From an uncultured Bacteroides sp. (lineage in GTDB: Bacteria; Bacteroidota; Bacteroidia; Bacteroidales; Muribaculaceae): a stretch of 53,860 bases of DNA. The DNA is taken from NCBI GenBank assembly GCA_964469875.1, contig CAYYAA010000001.1, forward strand, positions 1 through 53,860, read 5' to 3'. Positions 48,740 through 53,860 of the stretch are shown here, in pieces (position 1 is the first letter of the stretch; every line of letters starts with the position of its first letter). Below the pieces are notes generated by a model, which worked only from the letters and a program-made list of their open reading frames with translations, was not told the DNA's origin and ran no database searches. The translations under genes were made by a program, and so were the position numbers.

Positions 48740-50167
48740 ATGAACATTAAACGTAACTTATTATTGGCATTAGCTGCAATCTCTATGGTTGCGACTAATG
48801 CCACTGTTATCACCTACCCTGCGCCGACTGAGGTGGAGTTAAACAAATCATTCTCCGTCGAAGTGCGTCAAGGCAATGAATGGTTGCCAGTTGATGTCTA
48901 CAAAGTGAAAGTTGACGAGGTTGTAAACGCTGCACATAAAGTCAGCCACAGCTCTATGGCGTATTTTGACTTTGACGGATCGGTCGATGTTCGCATCATT
49001 TCAAATGCTCGTCATATCGTCTCAGCAAAAGTGCGTCCCCTTTCATTTAACATATCAAATTTTGTCAACGGTGACACCATCACCTTCACTCTCGACAGAC
49101 CTCGCGGCCTCTCTATCGAAATCAATGGCGATATATTTGATAACCTACAATTATTTGCCAACGCCATTGATAGTAACGCACCATCTCCTAAATCAATAAA
49201 AAAGTTGGTCAAGAGTGGCAAATACATCTACTTCGCTCCCGGCTACCATAAACTCAATAAAGACCTCATTGTCAAATCAGGCCAGACTGTCTATGTCGCC
49301 GGTGGCGCTGTGGTTGACGGACATATTTGGGTGGACGGCGCACACGATGTAAATATATCAGGACACGGAATGGTTTACCCTCAGAAAGAGGGTATAAAAA
49401 TAATGCGTAGCCACAACGTCAAAGTCAACGGGCTGTTCACAACACAATGCCCCATTGGCGAATGTGACAGCGTATCCGTAGATAACGTGAAAGTAATGAG
49501 CTGGTATGGTTGGGGCGATGGTTTCAATGTATTTGCAAGCAGTAATGTTCGATTTAACAATGTGTTTGCGAGAACTTCTGATGATTGCACAACAATCTAT
49601 GCCACGCGCTTAGGCTACAACGGCGGAAGCCACGATATTATTATGGAAAATTCCACGCTCTGGGCTGATGTCGCTCACCCCATTTTCATTGGACTGCACA
49701 GCGAGACTGACAGCCTCGAAACCATCGAAAACGCATGGTATCGCAACATTGACATTCTCGATATGAACGAGAAACAAATTGACTATCAAGGTGCATTAGC
49801 TATCGCCTGTGGTGATAATAACACGGTGCGAAACATACACTTCGAGGACATACGCATTGAAGACTTCAGACAAGGCAAACTCTTTGACATCCGCATCTGC
49901 TATAATCAGAAATATTGTACTGCTCCCGGACTCGCCATTGATAATATCTATTTTGATAACATCATTTACAGAGGAAGCCACTCCGAGCCATCACTTATCA
50001 TCGGCTATGACAGCGACCGAACAATCAGCAATATTCACTTCAAAAATTTGATAATAAACGGCGTAAAAATCTCCGATGAGATGCCCGGCAAACCTAAATG
50101 GTATAAGACCGGTGACATGGCTCGAATTTTTATCGGCGAACACACAAAAAATATCACATTCGATTGA
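48740..50167 (+). CDS. GH28-like parallel beta-helix glycosidase
   Basis: Signal peptide; YFAPGYH, VYVAGGA, WGDG, RTSDDC, WADVAHPI. Confidence 0.72.
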   Translation: MNIKRNLLLALAAISMVATNATVITYPAPTEVELNKSFSVEVRQGNEWLPVDVYKVKVDEVVNAAHKVSHSSMAYFDFDGSVDVRIISNARHIVSAKVRPLSFNISNFVNGDTITFTLDRPRGLSIEINGDIFDNLQLFANAIDSNAPSPKSIKKLVKSGKYIYFAPGYHKLNKDLIVKSGQTVYVAGGAVVDGHIWVDGAHDVNISGHGMVYPQKEGIKIMRSHNVKVNGLFTTQCPIGECDSVSVDNVKVMSWYGWGDGFNVFASSNVRFNNVFARTSDDCTTIYATRLGYNGGSHDIIMENSTLWADVAHPIFIGLHSETDSLETIENAWYRNIDILDMNEKQIDYQGALAIACGDNNTVRNIHFEDIRIEDFRQGKLFDIRICYNQKYCTAPGLAIDNIYFDNIIYRGSHSEPSLIIGYDSDRTISNIHFKNLIINGVKISDEMPGKPKWYKTGDMARIFIGEHTKNITFD

Positions 50168-50192
50168 GTATTATCTAAATGTCGTCCGTATT
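50164..50192 (+). promoter_or_regulatory. Putative ECF-sigma promoter ahead of the 495-aa secreted protein
   Basis: TTGAGTA-ttatctaaatgtcgtc(16 nt)-CGTATT; the -35 element overlaps the upstream TGA stop. Confidence 0.7.
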
Positions 50193-50222
50193 AGATAATA
50201 AAAATCCTAAAAATCTCATATA

Positions 50223-51710
50223 ATGAACAAATTATTTACTCTCGCAGCGCTTGCTCTTACAATGACAGCGCAGGTGGCAACAGCCTCCGTTAATTATGGT
50301 TCTGTGTTCCCGGTGGACTTCTCCAACGGTCTGCCGCAAGGTTGGGCTGCAGTTTCTAACAATGCTAATGCTCAAACACAAATCGTTAATGATGGTTTGC
50401 AAATCACTTGCAACCAAACAGCAGCCAAATACCGCACCGACTTAAAATACAACATGTTCGGTGACTACAACGCAAACGAAGACATTTGGATTGACTTCGA
50501 TGCAAGCCAATATAAGGTCTTCGCTATCAAATTCATCGGCGAGCGTCCGACAAGCGGCGTTCTCAAACTATCTAACATCTCTGTCTCAAAATCTTGGATT
50601 AAGAACGCTGACGGTTACTCCCTCTCTGAGAAGGGATATACAGACATTGTAGACTCTGACGGCAACCACACATACTATTGGACCGTTGGTGGTGACAACT
50701 GGACAGGCAACATCTCTATCGACCGCATCGAGGTGGTTATCGCAGATATTACATCTGACTCAGATAAGACTTTCACCGTGTCAAGCATGAATTGGTACAA
50801 GAGTGTTGACGAGCTTGAAGCATCTATGAACCTGCAACAAGAAACCGCTGTTGTCAACACAACGACTAACAAAGGTTATGCCGACCTCACATCTGCATGG
50901 AAAGCCGCTGTCGATGGCGATGTACTTTTGATTAACGAAAACCAAGAAGTTTCTGAACGTCTAAACTCTGAAAACCGCAGCATCACAGTGAAAGGCGCAT
51001 CACAAGACATCACAATCACTCGCAAAGCTCGCAGCAATATGATGTTCCTTTGCAACAGCAAAGACTGCACTATCACACTCGATGGCATCACACTCGATGG
51101 AAATGGCGAAGACACTGACAAAAATTTCATCGAAGCAAGCGCAAACGGTAAAATCGTATTCAATAATGTCACCATTCAGAATGCCAACTCAAGCAACAAC
51201 CTCGGATTGGTTGTCGCTAAAAACAGTGGTAAGATTGCTCTCAACGGTATCAAATTCAGCAACTGCACAACAAACGACAATACTGTTGACGTATTCATCG
51301 GCGCCAACGGTTCTACCCTCGAGGGCAACAACTCAGCAAACATCTCTATCGAAGTTAATGATAACGCTTATGCTATCGAAGTTACAGGCGCTCTCACAAA
51401 CACATCTGCAATTCAGTTAACTCCTTATGGTGCAACATCATTCAACGATGACACTGTGCTTGTAAAAGGCACTACTGACTTATCTAAATTTGCTCTCAAC
51501 GTGACAGCTCAACACCTCGAAGCCGACAACGATAACAACGCATTGGTTGTCAAGAGCGGCAGCACAACAGTTGTCAGCACTATAATTTCAGGCTCAGACA
51601 ATGCCGCTCCGGTTTACTACAACCTTAGCGGTGTCAAAGTTGCAAACCCGACCTCAGGTCTCTATATCGTTCGCCGCGGCTCTAAAGTCAGCAAAGAATT
51701 TATCAAATAA
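50223..51710 (+). CDS. Secreted protein: DUF4979-like domain + beta-helix-like region + T9SS-type C-terminal domain
   Basis: Sec signal peptide; KYRTDL..YKVFAIKF..LKL..YYW..IADI; ITLDGITLDG/FNNVTIQN repeats; tail VYYNLSGVKVANPTSGLYIVRRGSKVSKEFIK. Confidence 0.7.
   Translation: MNKLFTLAALALTMTAQVATASVNYGSVFPVDFSNGLPQGWAAVSNNANAQTQIVNDGLQITCNQTAAKYRTDLKYNMFGDYNANEDIWIDFDASQYKVFAIKFIGERPTSGVLKLSNISVSKSWIKNADGYSLSEKGYTDIVDSDGNHTYYWTVGGDNWTGNISIDRIEVVIADITSDSDKTFTVSSMNWYKSVDELEASMNLQQETAVVNTTTNKGYADLTSAWKAAVDGDVLLINENQEVSERLNSENRSITVKGASQDITITRKARSNMMFLCNSKDCTITLDGITLDGNGEDTDKNFIEASANGKIVFNNVTIQNANSSNNLGLVVAKNSGKIALNGIKFSNCTTNDNTVDVFIGANGSTLEGNNSANISIEVNDNAYAIEVTGALTNTSAIQLTPYGATSFNDDTVLVKGTTDLSKFALNVTAQHLEADNDNNALVVKSGSTTVVSTIISGSDNAAPVYYNLSGVKVANPTSGLYIVRRGSKVSKEFIK
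50295..51233 (+). repeat. Copy 1 of a ~0.93 kb duplicated module (copy 2 at 52932-53860)
   Basis: Colinear at offset 2637; includes an identical 56-bp stretch 50397-50452 = 53034-53089. Confidence 0.93.
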
Positions 51711-51743
51711 AACATTCCCTTAATAGAGTATAGGTCAACATAG

Positions 51744-51783
51744 GCGTTGGTCAACGTTGATAGCGTTTGACCAACGCTATTTT
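51744..51783 (+). terminator. Intrinsic terminator
   Basis: GCGTTGGTCAACG / CGTTTGACCAACGC followed by TATTTT. Confidence 0.75.
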
Positions 51784-51835
51784 AATTTGATAAACATGCT
51801 TTAATCTCATGAAACTATTCAATTCTAATTTAATT

Positions 51836-51997
51836 ATGGAAAAAGGAAACAAAAGAATTGGTGCTACTATGTACACCGCACCTCACATGGAAGCTATCGA
51901 AATCGAAGCCGAAAATACAATCCTTGCATCTGCATCCGTCACTACTGATTCAGACAGTTTGGAAGATGCAACCATGACTTCGTGGGATGATGAGTAA
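51836..51997 (+). CDS. Small acidic peptide with a YxAPxxE motif upstream of the fimbrillin gene
   Basis: MEKGNKRIGATMYTAPHMEAIEIEAENTILASASVTTDSDSLEDATMTSWDDE; alternative start at 51809. Confidence 0.65.
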   Translation: MEKGNKRIGATMYTAPHMEAIEIEAENTILASASVTTDSDSLEDATMTSWDDE

Positions 51998-52091
51998 TAA
52001 CAACCATCCAACCGACGAACAACAAACCACGTATTCACATGATTATCCACGTGTTACACATAGCAGGTAATTTCAAAAAAATCTACATCTC

Positions 52092-53860
52092 ATGAATAAA
52101 ATTATATTATCAGGCACTACAGCAATGGCAATTCTCGCCATGTCTGCTTGCTCAAGTCAAGACTTTGATGACTTGTTGGGCAACAGCGCAGACAAAACGA
52201 CCATTAAAGCCGTAATCTCTGACAGCGACGCATCTCGAACTTATGTAGACGAAAGCGGCAAAATCACTTGGGCTAAAGGTGACAAATTCTATTCTCTATC
52301 AACTGAGTTCGTATATAGAAACGACGAGGCTGACAATGTGGCGACAGCAACATTCACAAGCTCATCGAGCGAAAAAGAGACAGGCACATACGCCGTTTAT
52401 CCATATTTCGATAATAATACCGCGCCCTCGCTGTCAGGCTCTGAACTCACCGTCAATCTCCCCGAATCTTATGAATACACTGTGACAGATAACTCTTTCA
52501 CAGCTAACCTCAACGAGCCGATGCTCGGCACATTCTCAGACAACACTTGCAGCTTCAAGCACCTTGCAGGTGTCCTTCGTCTCCAATTCTCTTATCTCCC
52601 TCAAGGGACAAAGAGTGTGAAGTTTGAAGCTAATGTCCGAATAACCGGTAAATACACAACATCGTTGGACGGAACGCCTGAGTTAAAACAAGATGACCAA
52701 ACCACCGGCAATGCTGTGACAGTAAACCTCAGTACTGCAACAACCGAAGATATTGAAAATGCTCTTATCAATATCCCACTACCGACAGGCTCTTATGCAG
52801 GTTTTACTGTATCTGCTCTCGATACAAGCGACAATGTCCTCTTTGCCATCACTACATCTAAAACTTATACTTTGGCACGCACTAATGTTGCTACATACAA
52901 GATTAAGACCTCAAGCGGCAAAACAGTCACTTATAGCTCGGTGTTCCCTGCCGATTTTTCAAAAGGATTACAGAAAGGTTGGGCTGCAGTTTCTAACAGT
53001 GCTAATGCCCAAGTTCAAACCGTTGATAACGGCTTGCAAATCACTTGCAACCAAACAGCAGCCAAATACCGCACCGACTTAAAATACAATATGTTTGGCG
53101 ACTACAACGCAAACAAAGACATTTGGATTAACTTCGATGCAAGCAAATACAAAGTGTTCGCCATCAAATTTATCGGCGAGCGTCCGACAAGCGGCGTTCT
53201 CAAACTCTCGAACATCTCTGTTGCAGGAACATGGATTAAGAACACTGATGGCTATTCGCTCTCCGAACAAGGCTATACTGACATCGTTGACAATGACGGC
53301 AACCACACCTATTATTGGACAATTGGCGGTGTCAACTGGACAGGCAACATCTCTATCGACCGCATCGAGGTGGTTATTGCCGATATTACCTCTGATAAAG
53401 AGAAGACTTTCACCGTGTCAAGCATAAATTGGTATCAGAGCGAACAAGACCTCAAAAATTCATTAAACCTGCCTGTTGTTAATGAAACAAACGGCAGTCG
53501 TTACACAGACCTCACTACTGCTTGGAAGGACGCTTCTGACGGAGATGTTATCTTAGTTAAGACCAATCAAGAAGTTTCTGAACTACTAAACTCAAGTAGC
53601 CGCAGCATAACAGTGAAAGGTGCTTCAAAGGACATCACTATCACCCGCAAAAGTAGCAGCAATATGCTATTCCTCTGCAATACGAGCGGAAAAGTTATTA
53701 CTCTTGAGGACATAACTATTGACGGCAACAGTGCGGACGCTACAGTTAACTTAACCGAAGCAAGTTCAAGCGGTCAGATTGTTTTCAACAATGTAACGAT
53801 TCAGAACGCTAAATCAAGCGATGCTAAAGGCTTGGTCGTTGCTAAGAGTAGCGGTAAAGT
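52092..53860 (+). CDS. Partial: fimbrillin/type V pilin-like lipoprotein fused to a DUF4979-like + beta-helix module
   Basis: Not in the ORF track (no stop before the window end). Open frame from ATG 52092: MNKIILSGTTAMAILAMSAC-SSQDFDD...ASRT...W.KGD...YAVYPY...PML...FKHLAGVLRL...LPTGSY, then the duplicated module. Confidence 0.82.
   Translation, partial: MNKIILSGTTAMAILAMSACSSQDFDDLLGNSADKTTIKAVISDSDASRTYVDESGKITWAKGDKFYSLSTEFVYRNDEADNVATATFTSSSSEKETGTYAVYPYFDNNTAPSLSGSELTVNLPESYEYTVTDNSFTANLNEPMLGTFSDNTCSFKHLAGVLRLQFSYLPQGTKSVKFEANVRITGKYTTSLDGTPELKQDDQTTGNAVTVNLSTATTEDIENALINIPLPTGSYAGFTVSALDTSDNVLFAITTSKTYTLARTNVATYKIKTSSGKTVTYSSVFPADFSKGLQKGWAAVSNSANAQVQTVDNGLQITCNQTAAKYRTDLKYNMFGDYNANKDIWINFDASKYKVFAIKFIGERPTSGVLKLSNISVAGTWIKNTDGYSLSEQGYTDIVDNDGNHTYYWTIGGVNWTGNISIDRIEVVIADITSDKEKTFTVSSINWYQSEQDLKNSLNLPVVNETNGSRYTDLTTAWKDASDGDVILVKTNQEVSELLNSSSRSITVKGASKDITITRKSSSNMLFLCNTSGKVITLEDITIDGNSADATVNLTEASSSGQIVFNNVTIQNAKSSDAKGLVVAKSSGK
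52932..53860 (+). repeat. Copy 2 of the duplicated module
   Basis: Translates YSSVFPADFSKGL..GWAAVSN..GLQITCNQTAAKYRTDLKYNMFGDYNAN.., matching 50295-51233. Confidence 0.93.

Noticed and set aside
51809-51997. Lasso peptide/RiPP biosynthetic cluster
   Set aside because: No RRE, peptidase, cyclase, radical SAM or exporter genes in the window; only the leader-like motif is present.
51991-52016. TGAGTA-16 nt-CGAC ahead of the fimbrillin as another ECF promoter
   Set aside because: The -10 box matches only CG and the -35 coincides with the peptide's last codons and stop; too weak to call, though worth checking in TSS data.
663-53427. Many short overlapping or antisense ORFs in the track (e.g. 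2173-2529, 10198-10530, 15331-15792, 18436-18921, 52279-52485, 52753-53082, 53095-53427)
   Set aside because: They overlap well-supported genes in other frames or strands and show no recognisable motifs; those past 52092 are out-of-frame shadows of the fimbrillin ORF.
50295-53860. Duplicated module as a diversity-generating retroelement TR/VR pair
   Set aside because: Mismatches are not adenine-specific (many C/T third-position changes), both copies are coding and ~0.9 kb, and no reverse transcriptase is present.

Overview
Bacteroidales chromosomal window (Muribaculaceae/Prevotella-like; taxonomy inferred from the fused lpxC-fabZ, TAnnTTTG promoters and SusC/SusD). Positions 1-21.1 kb are mostly housekeeping: the 3' end of a wHTH gene with a 12-bp VNTR, a CotH kinase-CBM fusion, ychF, galE, a U32 protein, a PHP phosphatase, cstA, a cobalamin-riboswitch-controlled btuB/G/F/C/D operon, lpxD-lpxC/fabZ-lpxA and RNase P RNA. 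After an AAA-ATPase/PD-(D/E)XK gene, a >31 kb polysaccharide utilization locus (PUL) runs off the right edge. It encodes PMI, an MFS transporter, GH88, GH97, a putative esterase, GH127/146, a heparinase II/III-type lyase, DUF4861, SusC/SusD, two alginate-lyase-fold paralogues and a GH28-like enzyme. Two features of the PUL stand out. (1) Regulation: a propeller-AraC sensor with no kinase or receiver domain, an ECF sigma with no adjacent anti-sigma, and a SusC with no STN domain. A bipartite motif (T/A)TGAGTA-N16-CGTA(T/A)T read directly from the DNA sits ahead of five PUL transcription units, with two further near-matches, and is the likely promoter of that sigma. (2) Export: related glycan-directed modules appear on three chassis, namely lipoproteins, T9SS-type C-terminal-domain proteins, and a type V pilin/fimbrillin carrying a recently duplicated ~0.93 kb module. 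All family calls come from recognising motifs by eye, not from database searches.
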